A stretch of 64,000 nt of DNA from Botryllus schlosseri (taxonomy: Eukaryota), in assembly GCA_051294905.1 (NCBI GenBank), contig CM119371.1, positions 39,372,001 to 39,436,000 on the forward strand, read 5' to 3'. Position 1 is the stretch's first letter, and the number at the start of each line of letters is the position of its first letter. The position numbers and the translations under genes were made by a program. A model generated the notes under the pieces. That model was not told the origin of the DNA. It was given only the letters and a program-made list of their open reading frames with translations, and did not search any database. Shown piece by piece: positions 53,096 to 64,000 of the stretch.

Positions 53096-56000
53096 TCACG
53101 TTCTAGAACGACGTTTTGAAAGTAATTCCTCTTTAGAGGGGGCTGGTTCTGGTGCAATGCTGACTGGATGCACACTTCTTGAAATGTTACTGGGAAAGTT
53201 GATGCCAGTGCAATTCTCAGTAGTTCGCCTCAAAAGCTCTCTCGCATAGTGGTTCGTCTTCTTTTCATACATGTTTTTCAAGATCCACTCTTTTGCTGAC
53301 CGAGAGTAACATTTTTTGTATCGTGGAGCACCTGCTTAAACCTGCTTAAACAAATAAAAAGTAAGTAACTAAGTACCTTGACTTGCAAACATTTCATCTG
53401 TACAGCAAACCTGCTCGTGTCACCGCCTGAAATCTACCAACATTCTCATTGTGGTCCAGGACAGCCAATTTGGTTCGTGCAAGCATCGTGTCATAAGTAA
53501 AATGAAGACGTTTAGGTGCAAATTTCAATATGACGTTGTGATAAACTTCCAATGATCCTAAAAAAGTAAGGTGTGAATTGTAATGATCTGACCATGCTCC
53601 GAAAACTGGTGTGCAGATGTGATGAGTCAAAAAATTACCAGTATGTTTGAACAGAGTCATCTGCTCCAAATCCCGGATCAAACTTTTGTTTTCTATCAAA
53701 GATTTCAATGCTTTGAAACTAGGAGATCCACATTGCAACCATCTAGTTCTTAGGCACTGATCCCCAGTCAAAGTGCCATGGCTGCAGGAATATGTCTCCC
53801 CGTCAACTGTCCACTCATGTTCGCCGGTGATGTGATGCAGAAGAGATAACCATCTTCTTTTTAGCACCTGCAATTGCATATTGTTATATAAAAAGTTCCT
53901 AATTTGTGATGTCAGACATAGTTGATATGTAGACTTACACTGCTATCTTGACCACAATACTGACAGCACCACCACAAGTGATTAGTGATGCTTCTTGTCC
54001 ATAGTAGCAAGTCTTCCATACCTTTCTTCTTACCCAGAGACACCAACTTTTTTTTCAGTCCTGAGAAACGGTTAGTAAGGCAAAAGAAGATTCAAATAAT
54101 AACAGTATTCAGTTACCTTTGCAGACATGCCACACATCAAACTGGTGATTGATTGATGGATATTTATCCTTCCACAATTTCCTGATGCTTGGTGCCCGGT
54201 CAGTCACAACGGTTTCAATCGGCAAACCTTGAGCAAGTAATGCATCCAAGGCACGCTCCATACCAACTTTTTCCATTGCAACACTGCTGGAGCACTCTGT
54301 TTTTTGAACCAATTCGACGTGGACAATCTTCTCAGTCTTCTCCTCCATAAATGAATAAACCATATATTTTGCAGAAAACCCAGGTGAGTCCGATCGCCCA
54401 TCACCCATCAGTGTAATTGGTTTACATTGACCCTTCATGTCCCGTAAAACATCCTCCATATGTTCCTCATAGTAGGTCGCAATAGTTGGCAAAATGTATT
54501 GCGATTGTATTTCATAAAAACGACGTTCCGAAATGTAGTTAGTGTCCAGTAATTTGAAAACATCTGCAATATCAGTGTACGTGGCTCCCGAATATATTGT
54601 CGCGCCAACAGTAGAAAGGTTCATTGCCGACATCTTTCTGATTTCTGGTGAAGAATTCCAGATCCTGGTTTCAGAGCAGTTGTGGCATACAATTGCCATG
54701 GACATGTGAGAACCCTTGTACGTCGTCTTAATTTCAGTCTTTGAACAGCATAGCTGAAAAAAGGTGTACATAAAGAAGATGCACATGGCACAAAGTGCTG
54801 CAACATGACTTACTTCACACTTGCTAAATGCCTCTCGAAGTAAATGTTGAAATACCAGAATTGTCCTACTTTCATCAATTTGTTGACTGTTTGTCGCATC
54901 CTCACTACACAGGCTTGTTTCAACATTTGAAAGAGGCTCGATCGTGCTGAGTGACGACGTAATGCTGCAGTCCTTGGTAACAAAATGATGGGTTGTTATT
55001 TTGATGTACTGTGATTAGAAAAGTAGCAGGGCTATCTCACGTCACAATCACCTTTGCTACGTTTAGAAACGGGGCTTTCAAACGGATCAGGATGAGTTCT
55101 CCTTGGTTCTTTCAACTTTATTGGAGTCTACCGAGAAATAAGTTATGGAACACATTAGCCTGACTTTGTACAAAGTTGGTATACCCGTCACCACCTTGAA
55201 CACAGGCGATTTTGTATTGCCGGATGGACGGCAAACTGGTGCCGTGAAGTCGGAGTCTGATGACTGAATAGAAATATGTTGAAGATATTAATACGCACGG
55301 TATGATATGGGATATCTACTTACATGACTCGATTCAGTAGCTGCACCAGCAAGAAGTTCGTGTGAGGTTCTTCTCACCACAATCTACAATATTTGTCAAA
55401 TAATAACCATCAAGTGGACAAATTGGGGTCACTGTGCAAGTGCACTAACCGCAATCTTAGACGAAGCCTTTTTTCATGCAATTCCAATGACTACACAATA
55501 AAGACGATGCACACATATTCATGCAAGTATACCTTCTCAAATCAATTAACTCAAGTGTACTTACTTGAAGCTTCTGCGTGGAAGGTCTTTTATTGATGGC
55601 TGTACTAGATTTCGATTCAATAAAATCTGAATCCGATGACTGAATAAAAACGTTGCAAATCCCTATGGAATCATTGTGATGTGAAATTGAAAACAAGGAC
55701 TTACATTGCAAGATTCTGGAGTTTTAGTGACTGGAGATTCTTCAATTGCTGTTGTTTTCGCAACCGTCTGTCAAGATAAAAGTTATATAATGCATATAGG
55801 GAACTTTAAATATAGTTACCCACCAATACCTTAGACTTGGTGGGGTTCCCACCAATCAATTTCGAACATGTTGAGCCCATAAAATCCGAGTCAGATGACT
55901 AAACGGAGAGGACCAAAAGTCAATCCAACATGTCTTAGGGAAAAGAAATGCAGCCTTACTTGACAAGATTCCTCCAAAGATTGATCTTCCTTCAAAACTA

Positions 56001-56376
56001 TAGTCAATTTGTGATCTGTTACGTTCTTGGTTTTATAGAACTTCTTTGTAAAATCCAACGAAGGTACAGCTTCTGTCAATAAATACAAAGGAACATTTTA
56101 TAAATATACACAAGAGTTTGCTAGAGATGATTGCCACCAACCCTTTTTAAGTCGTCGACGCTTGCTATTTCCTTTATGATGACGAATAAAATCGCTTTTC
56201 TTGAAATGCTTACTGCATACAAATATATTTTTCTGCTCTATCTTGGTCGACGAGATTCCTATGGCACTAAACCACTGTCGTCTTAGTGCAATTTTAGAAG
56301 GAATTTTATGAAGAGTATGCGATTCGTCATTCCTTTTGACATCACACGATGTAACGGCACAACTTCTCCATGTCAT
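53096..56376 (-). CDS. Spliced Kolobok transposase (N-terminal THAP zinc finger plus DDE catalytic domain)
   Basis: THAP exon MTWRSCAVTSC...W...VCSKHF (56376-56142) splices to EAVPS at 56072. Catalytic-region motifs GDGRSDSPGFSAKY, VVTDR, HQFDVWH, HTG|SLEVYH and LAVLDHNEN. Multiple short GT-AG introns; stop at 53096-53098. Middle exons not fully resolved. Confidence 0.88.
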
Positions 56377-56454
56377 TGCAGCTTGCTATAATGTCAATGT
56401 ATATTCTATATACTATTACGAAGACTCTGAGTAGAGCAAGACAATAACGTAGAC

Positions 56455-56979
56455 AAGTGCTTTTCAACCTTTTTGAGCTCCATTCGTACTTTTTTTTAAA
56501 AACAATTTAATTCGCACCAGCCAGCTGGAATTTATTACACAAAAAGAAAATGAAAAGCTTATCACTTTTTGTATTTGTAGACCTTCCTGTAGGTACAGAG
56601 CGTCATTATTTCACATTTAGTGTATCGTATTGCTGATTAATCAAATACTAAAATCACTGCAGTAGAAAAATCACAGATATCGCACTTCCGCTGTTCTCAA
56701 GGTCTTCGTTGCTTTTTCTGCGGGTATCGTGCAATTATTTCTTTCGAAGCTTAAAGGGCGAACCCATGAACAATATTCACTCGCAACAATATCACTTTCC
56801 ACTAAATCGACGCATTATGTCAACGCTATATGAATGTGTGCCGAAATTCCAATACTTCGCATTCAAATCAACACTGGCATCGCACACTATTTCCTATAAT
56901 GTAGGGTTATCATATTTTGGATTCGGGAAAGGAGGACGTTCGCACAAGTACGAACCGTCATACAGGTTGAAAAGCACTT
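56455..56979. mobile_element. MITE-like passenger inside the Kolobok element, upstream of the transposase start
   Basis: 16-bp inverted repeats aagtgcttttcaacct (56455-56470) / aggttgaaaagcactt (56964-56979). No clear TSD. Confidence 0.45.
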
Positions 56980-57544
56980 TATTCTGTAGCCGTTTTTCAG
57001 AGAAACAGTAATTTCTTATCCACAACACGAATACCACCAGTCAGGGTTCCCCATGAACATGACAAAATTCATGACATTCAAAATTGGTGGTTCGGGTACT
57101 GTAGGAAAATTCATCATCCCTAACCAAAATCCAACGGCACGCAAACCTAACCTGAGCCCACAACTCCGCAGCTGACCCTAAAACATATATAATATATTCA
57201 TTATATTGTAATGTTACTAATCCCCAAGCCATAATTTTAAGATACTCTCAAACCCTCATCTTATGATTCTCCAACCTGAATGCGAAACCAATTATGACCG
57301 CTCTGAATTTTGAAATGTTCAGAGGGCACACTAATTGGTGATGGTAATGTTTTATACATAACATAAGAATAGGACATGATCTATTCCTTCCCTCAAGAAA
57401 TAGAATACACTAGGCCCGATTACTAGAAAAATCTAGTGACTGAATATCGTCCGTGGAACGCCGTATCTACACCACCTTGGCGTGTTAGACATATTTGCTT
57501 CAGAACATCGGCTGACTTCTATCTGAAGCTCGTCCTCTGCGTGA

Positions 57545-57760
57545 CTGCGTAATCGCGTCGAGCAAGTGCGACGATGAAGTCATCGTGCCATGTTACGGGT
57601 TAAGAGATTATCCGGAGCCGCGACTGCTGCAACTCTGGAAATTTCAATAAATTGCAGCTCCATTACGGTGGCGTTCTGAAGAAAACGGCTGCGGCCAAAA
57701 TTTTTTTTTCGTTCTACTCTTCAATTTGAGACCACATCATTTTTTGAGCGCAGTGCCCCT
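57545..57760 (-). repeat. Right TIR of the Kolobok element
   Basis: Exact reverse complement of 51122-51337. Confidence 0.93.
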
Positions 57761-60700
57761 TTAAGTGCAAGTTCCAAACACTAATTGAACCTTATTTGCT
57801 AATCAATCTATTTCGTTGAGTTGATGACAAATTAGCGATGAATAACCAAGAATGACGCTGCAGCTCTTAAACATCATAAAACGAGCTCAGCCATAGCTTT
57901 ATATGCTTGACATCGAGTGATATATGGTTTGTTTGTTTCAGTTGACATTCCAAGATACCATCGGCTTGCACTGTGTACATTTGCGTCGCTATAAATTAAC
58001 TTGGCGCGTCTGCACTTTTGCATCGTCTTATGCGAAGTCATTTGAAATTCCTAACGTACAACATCGAACTCTTACTCAAATTAGTACGGGTTTGAAATGT
58101 TTCAGCTAAATGTGAAATCTGGTCGGAGCGAAAAAGTTTGTGTGACTGCCTTCGTTCGGCAAGCGATTATTCCATTTTGCTAATAATCAGGAGTTTGAGA
58201 ATGCTATTCCCGTGTCTGTTCATTTGCCTTCATAAGCTCGCAGTACTCTCAAAATTTTGACGTTGACTCACCAAAATGATCGAGGTGTGCTTCCGGTCAG
58301 CGTCAGCAGCCTCTAGAATAGATTGGGAACAATAAATGCTGTATTTTGCTGCCACGAGAAAACAAACAAAATGAGACGTTCCGACAAGCATCGATATCAA
58401 AATAACTCCATATGCCATAACGTTGATGAGGCACTGACATATGTAATGATACTGTATTATCAAGAAATGTAACGTGAAATATAATATAAAATCCACCATG
58501 GATGACGAAGATGATGATGGCATTTCGGCGTCGGCCATTTCTGCGCCACGACGAACCAAGCTAAATGAGAATTTATTCCGTTTGGCGATTTCAATATCTT
58601 TTGACATATCAAACAGGAAGTCACAAAATAACATCTTGTAACTAACTCATTATACAAACGGGTCCTCTCGAATATGTTTAATATTTATTACGGGTACTAC
58701 ATTTTCCAAGACACCTTACTCAGTCATACTGGAAAATCTGATTATGTGAGCAGAAAGAGGATAAAAAATCGATAGCAATATGTACGCATTGCCCGATGTT
58801 ATTGACCGCTGCAATCAACAATTTCGACGAAGATTCGGCTAGGCCGGACATACCTGTTCTTAGGAGTGAAACTTTCTATATTTTCGCTAGATTTTATCTC
58901 AAAAACAAATAACACGGTTGCGAGCACCCCATCTATCAGGCATACGCAATCTATTGCTGTACTTCTAGCTAACGATAACATAAGCTGTAAGCCCTGATCA
59001 TTTCGTTTGCGACAAATTTATCTTTACCTTTATTGTTACCTCGTCTGTTTCATTATGGTTTATTTGTGAGGCGAATCAGCGCTTTCAAACATGAAATTCA
59101 AAAAAATCACAACTGAAACTTCCACCGCTGCCTTCGACTCGCTCTCGCCACATTAGAACCAAATTTGAGTGAGTCGCATTTAATACAAAATCTCAATTCG
59201 CCCACTATATAGACATGGCTGTGATTAACAGAACAGTAAATACGTTTCGCTTATTGCTTTTGGCAACACCGCCTTACAATATCTTACAGTATTACACTTC
59301 TACAATGGCAAAATATTTGAGAGTTATCACGAATCTGAGCAACTATGAAATGTTTGTAACATGACCTTTGCTAAACGTAATTGATCATACCTGGCGTCTA
59401 TACCAAAGGCGGGCAACTTCTCCAATCAGCGGGCCGGATACAGGAAAATTAGGTAGGCGTACTTGGCCGGTCGGATCGCTGAATCGATACATTATTCGCC
59501 TATTTATCCCCATACACAAAGAGTAAATCGTATTTAGTGAATGTATTATAACGACAGTAATGTCACTTCATAGCCATTTCTCGCCGATGATGACGATGAC
59601 AATGTGGATTTGAGAACAGCATTGTCATACAGACGCCGCCATTTCTGCCTCTCCCTAATCAATTAACACACGTTACAATCCCTAATAAAGATTTCAAGAC
59701 GTTAGATAACCCCGCTACCCAAAATTTATCTAGATATCATTTCATTAGGGTTGAGTACATGGTAAATGCCATTAAAGCAACTATTCTAGCTTCAGCAATT
59801 AGTGGGGATTCTCGGCAGACTGGGGCCACAGGCTACATTATCATGTAAGACGGGAAACTATCCGCGGGCTGTATGTTGCCCTTCCATGGTCTACTATATG
59901 CCTCGAACTGAAAACTGAGAATAACTCGCACACCTTGTCCGCCGACATCCTCATTCGAAAGCATCAGCGTTACACCTACAAATTCGAACAGCAGGACAGC
60001 AGGGTGGTGCTTACAATCTATCTTCGGTGGATGTGCGATTGTGCGTCTACTCAGTCTCAATGATTACCTACGTGTGTATATAGTGGTTCCGTCGCTGTGT
60101 GGTTCATAGCAATGAAGGGCTAAAATCCGCATTTAACAGTAGTAACAATATACGATGCTTGGAGCAGGCCTAAATCGATATTTCTGATACGAAGGGTCTT
60201 ATCCGCGCCGGCGGACCGTTAAGGCTCCAGTATCCAGGCTCGCAAGGTCCTCCCACCGATCCGCGGCTTCATTCACGAAACAGCGCGACAGTACGTTTTA
60301 ATTTTCTGGCAAATGCTAAAGTAACGTTTGTATTATTTCATCAAGTCATGAACACGATTCCCTAAATTCATCATTCTCCGTACGCTCAGACTCATCACCG
60401 TGATTTTATTGGTTATTTTGCCCTCTTCCCAGAGTATAGTTTCTCGTGACACTTGACGGGACCATACGACTTTTCACCAGTGTCGTGCGGTATGAAGCCA
60501 TTTCGGTGCTGTTATTTCAAAGTTGCTGGAAGTTACGTTTACCGCGGCTCGACGATTATGCATTTTTATTATCCTTTCATCGATTCGGTACACCTCACGA
60601 TTGCAATAAAACGAAATTATAGGATCATTCAAAGGAGTCCATACGTCTTGAAGCGGTCTTTCAATCGGTCGCCCACCTTAGGCCGAAGACATGGGTTCTC

Positions 60701-61001
60701 AAGGTGCGCATTATCGCCCCTGAGACGAGTTTGAGAGACAGTGGTCGAAAATATTAAAACGTTCAGTTAATCAGCAAACTGTTTTTTTGCTAAGTTCAAT
60801 ATAAACGATTGATGTGATAGGAATGTTGAGGTTGATAAAAATGCAGTTCAATGCCTGACTCATCCCAGCCCGCGGGGTGATAATGATCAAAGGTAACAAA
60901 TTTGCTTTACACCTGAAATTTGACCTAAGGTCAAAACCTATGTCGTGAGGCGTCACACAGAGGTTCTTAAACTTTCTAGAGCGCCACACATATAGGACTG
61001 C

Positions 61002-61529
61002 TGGGCTGGGCAAAATCGAGTACCTGAGTGATTCGATTCTGAATCGCGTAATATGCTTCGAGTCGAATCGAGTTATCGAGTATTAATCATTATGACGTGA
61101 TTACATGATGTAATATGTCTAGGTTTAAATACGTAGCCTACCTTTTGTGCGACCACAAAGAATATATTGCCTGCTTTCCATCACATATAAGATACTTTGG
61201 TATTTATTTGACCATACCGATTTCATTGCACTTGGGGACGATGTTGTGGGATGACCATGAATTCGGAGATGTGCTACGCTCAGTAACGTACATATCTTTG
61301 TACTATATGTTTCGGTTTCGTATGTTACGATACGGGCAATCAAGGTTACAACGCTTCAACAGTGAAAATCTGTATCGAAACTTTCGTTCTCGTTGCTATA
61401 ATTTCACTTTCTGGGGCGAGGAGCGTATAATTTCAGTACTCGACAAATCGCATTTTACTTCTCGACTCGAATCGTTAAAATTAATACTCGATTCAGATTC
61501 GAGTACTCGAATCGTTGTCCCCAGCCCTA
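61002..61529. mobile_element. MITE (same family as about 2520-3149 and the end at about 22289)
   Basis: gggctgggcaaaatcgagtac / ccccagcccta termini with TCGAG/TCGAA repeats; TSD not recognisable. Confidence 0.6.
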
Positions 61530-61746
61530 CTCGCGACCCAAGCCTCACATTTCTCATTTTTTTATTGTTATTGTTTTTATTGTTAAGATCAAAGCTCTGT
61601 GGCTGCTTTAATCTTTTCCAAACCCACTGTGTTTGGTATTGCGGAAGTATATGGTGATTGACAACCTCCAAACCTACTAACCGCAAGCAGATCTCATCCA
61701 ATCTGGCTTTCATTCAATCAAAAGGGGTGCCTTTATTTTGCGCTAG

Positions 61747-62079
61747 GAAACTTATGAAACTTATGAAAACTTATGAAACTTATGAAAACTTATGAAACTT
61801 ATGAAAACTTATGAGACTTATGAAACTTATTAAACTTATGAAAACTTATGAGACTTATGAAAACTTATGAGACTTATGAAACTTATGAAACTTATGGAAA
61901 CTTATGAGACTTATGAAAACTTATGAAACTTATGAAAACTTATGAAACTTATGAAAACTTATGAGACTTATGAAAACTTATGAAACTTATGAAAACTTAT
62001 GAAACTTATGAAAACTTATGAGACTTATGAAACTTATGAAAACTTATGAGACTTATGAAAACTTATGGAAACTTATGAA
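61747..62079. repeat. Minisatellite of 9-10-bp units (GAAACTTAT / GAAAACTTAT / GAGACTTAT)
   Basis: Directly visible tandem array of about 330 bp. Confidence 0.95.
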
Positions 62080-62713
62080 GATAAAGAGCTCTTGGATGAA
62101 AAGCCGTTCAATATACAATTTAAGAATATCTTCCTATTGAAATGAACCCGATTATTTTCGGCTGAAACACGTCAGGGGTAATCGTCAGTAGCTAGTAGAG
62201 AATTGAAAAGAACACTGTAAAGCAACAATCGCAATGACATAATGAATACAAGCGAATAAATATTCAATCAATTTTAGTTGAAACCGTCCAGATATGTCGT
62301 ACCTTATTGTCATCGCATATGTGCTGTGTCGATGTTTGATATGAACGCATGGCATCCCGCACACCAATGCTACTTGGCCTATTTCATAGCGTAATGGTGA
62401 GAATTCAGTATGCATACACCCGATTCATCTTATACCATAAACCTGACTGGAAAGAAAATTTATTTAACCGTGAATTATACTAGACTCATTCACCTTTACT
62501 TTGCTTAAATTTATTTCGAATGCCAAGTGAAAACCGTTGGCGTTGTCAGTGTGCAATAGGATAACTCGGAAAATTTTCACATCCAGTTCTGGAAATTGAG
62601 ATAAGTTCAGTTCATAACATAACAAGTCAGAGCTATTTGTCATAAGCACGAGAATGGCAAATGTCTGTACAGCAACCTCGGTTCGTTTCGGACTATACAG
62701 TTCAGTAGTCATC

Positions 62714-63112
62714 GATCATCGCTCTATCAAATATGCCGGACCTGATGTGTGGAACAGTATCCCGCCGGCCATCCGACAGTCGACGAGCATGTCCACATTC
62801 AAGTCGAAATACAAGCAATTACTACTAAATAAATACAGTCCATCCTCAAGATTACCGGACCACGACTGACCTATCGATCTCGCTTCCCATGACATGCCGC
62901 CCTATTTATTGTCGCTTTCTTTTTTCTATACTATCTTCTTTACTTTCATTCAGTGTGCATGCCTCCTCTTTACATCGCCTAGGCCAAGGTGGGTGTCAGA
63001 TTCCATAGACTGCTCCTTGTCGCTTCGACATCTTCCTGTCTTTTCATTGTATCGCATTTTTTGTGGTGTATTGAACTGATAAAATTGCTAATAAACCAAT
63101 GATGATGATGAT
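62714..63112 (+). mobile_element. 3' fragment of LINE family B (second copy)
   Basis: DHRSIKYAGPDVWNSIPPAIRQ... nearly identical to the 10.5-kb copy; ends aataaaccaatgatgatgatgat. Confidence 0.85.
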
Positions 63113-64000
63113 AGTATTTTCCGGAAAACCAGAAGTAGATTAGATTCAAAACTGTAAAGCTTTGAAAAATATCAGAAATAAATTAGAGCTTACCAGCATT
63201 TCGCTCCAAGTAGACAATTATGTCGGAATCAGGGTATCTGGTATTCTCCTAAATTAACATTGCAATTTACATAAACACTGTTCGTAATTGTGGAAGAATT
63301 AAAGCTTCGTCCGGAGAGTTAGCATTTTTTATTTAATCTGTTGTGAAGAACAGAGAGTACATCAAAACAATGAGACGTCTACCAGCGCATCTGAGATATT
63401 GTGCACATTACGCAATCTTGAACTTTCCCGGCGCGGCAATCAAATTGGGTCACGCGTTAGCAACTTGGCATGTGAAGATTGCGACACAGTCGCGTTTGCT
63501 GATTGACGCTGAATTGGTATCTTGGAAATACTAGTCGACGTCAATGCCACTCAAGTATTTGGATAAACTATGCTTTAAGACAGCCTTTTCGGTTTGCGAT
63601 ATTATTGAAGATACTCGCGAAGTCGTGATACACTCATATGTGACGTATGAATATGTTGTTACTTATCGTTCCCAATGATTATGATTTTAAAAAATATATG
63701 TAGAATTGTAGATAGCATCACTGCACATCGACCAATCATCGCTGATGCGCGATTGCCCATTGCCATCCATCGTTGCTCTGGTTAAACCTCTAATGAGTCT
63801 AGTCTCGTTGTCTCCTGGCACCATGCAGTCACAGGCGTGTATCACCAGTACCAATATCCATGTCTGGTTAACGGGTAGGGTAACGGCAGAAACGAAATCA
63901 GCCGTGAAAATCGATCACTACTCAACTCGACGAGTTCTCATTTAGCGGATCACCGATCCGTTGGGGCAATTTCAAATTCAGGAGAATCCGAATTACGCTA

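Larger units (their letters stand above)
51122..57760 (-). mobile_element. Kolobok-superfamily DNA transposon, apparently autonomous and intact
   Basis: TTAA at 51118-51121 and 57761-57764. AG...CT termini and 216-bp identical TIRs (51122-51337 / 57545-57760) with about 70 bp further imperfect similarity. Internal THAP-DDE transposase gene and convergent second gene. Confidence 0.92.

Noticed and set aside
51122..57760. piggyBac assignment based on the TTAA TSD
   Set aside because: Termini are AG...CT rather than CC(C/T)...; the transposase motifs, THAP domain and second gene fit Kolobok.
58230..58634. ORF with MADAEMPSSSSSS as a possible first exon of the NLR
   Set aside because: Overlaps a dispersed repeat (homologous text at about 22980-23010) and has no convincing phase-1 donor.
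61115..61657. 180-aa plus-strand ORF
   Set aside because: Lies largely within a MITE and has low-complexity hydrophobic composition with no domain signature.
61747..62079. Possible CRISPR-like array
   Set aside because: No unique spacers and eukaryotic context; it is a simple minisatellite.

Overview
This window is AT-rich eukaryotic (invertebrate animal) genomic DNA, not prokaryotic. The short spliceosomal introns and repeat content look tunicate-like, but the species cannot be determined from sequence alone. (1) A minus-strand NACHT/NLR-type gene spans at least 318-38264. It has a 1.4-kb NACHT exon (15304-13910), a downstream helical/LRR exon (682-318; the gene continues off the left edge) and three putative upstream phase-1/1 exons. 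Two of those carry paralogous copies of a short N/Q/G/V-rich, RHIM/amyloid-like motif; this is the most novel-looking signal. (2) An apparently intact, recently inserted Kolobok DNA transposon lies at 51122-57760 with TTAA TSDs and 216-bp identical TIRs. It encodes a spliced THAP-DDE transposase and a convergent gene consisting of a P2X7-ballast-like (KolX-type) domain. (3) Introns and intergenic DNA are densely filled with nested non-autonomous hAT-like MITEs (8-bp TSDs), a Penelope-like element with inverted pseudo-LTRs, two CR1/L2-group LINE families (two copies each) and a minisatellite. (4) Between the insertions are fossil coding sequences: a decayed multi-CUB array and a decayed ORF ending in a SOCS-box-like motif. 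All exon models were inferred by eye from splice signals and reading-frame phase, without transcript evidence.
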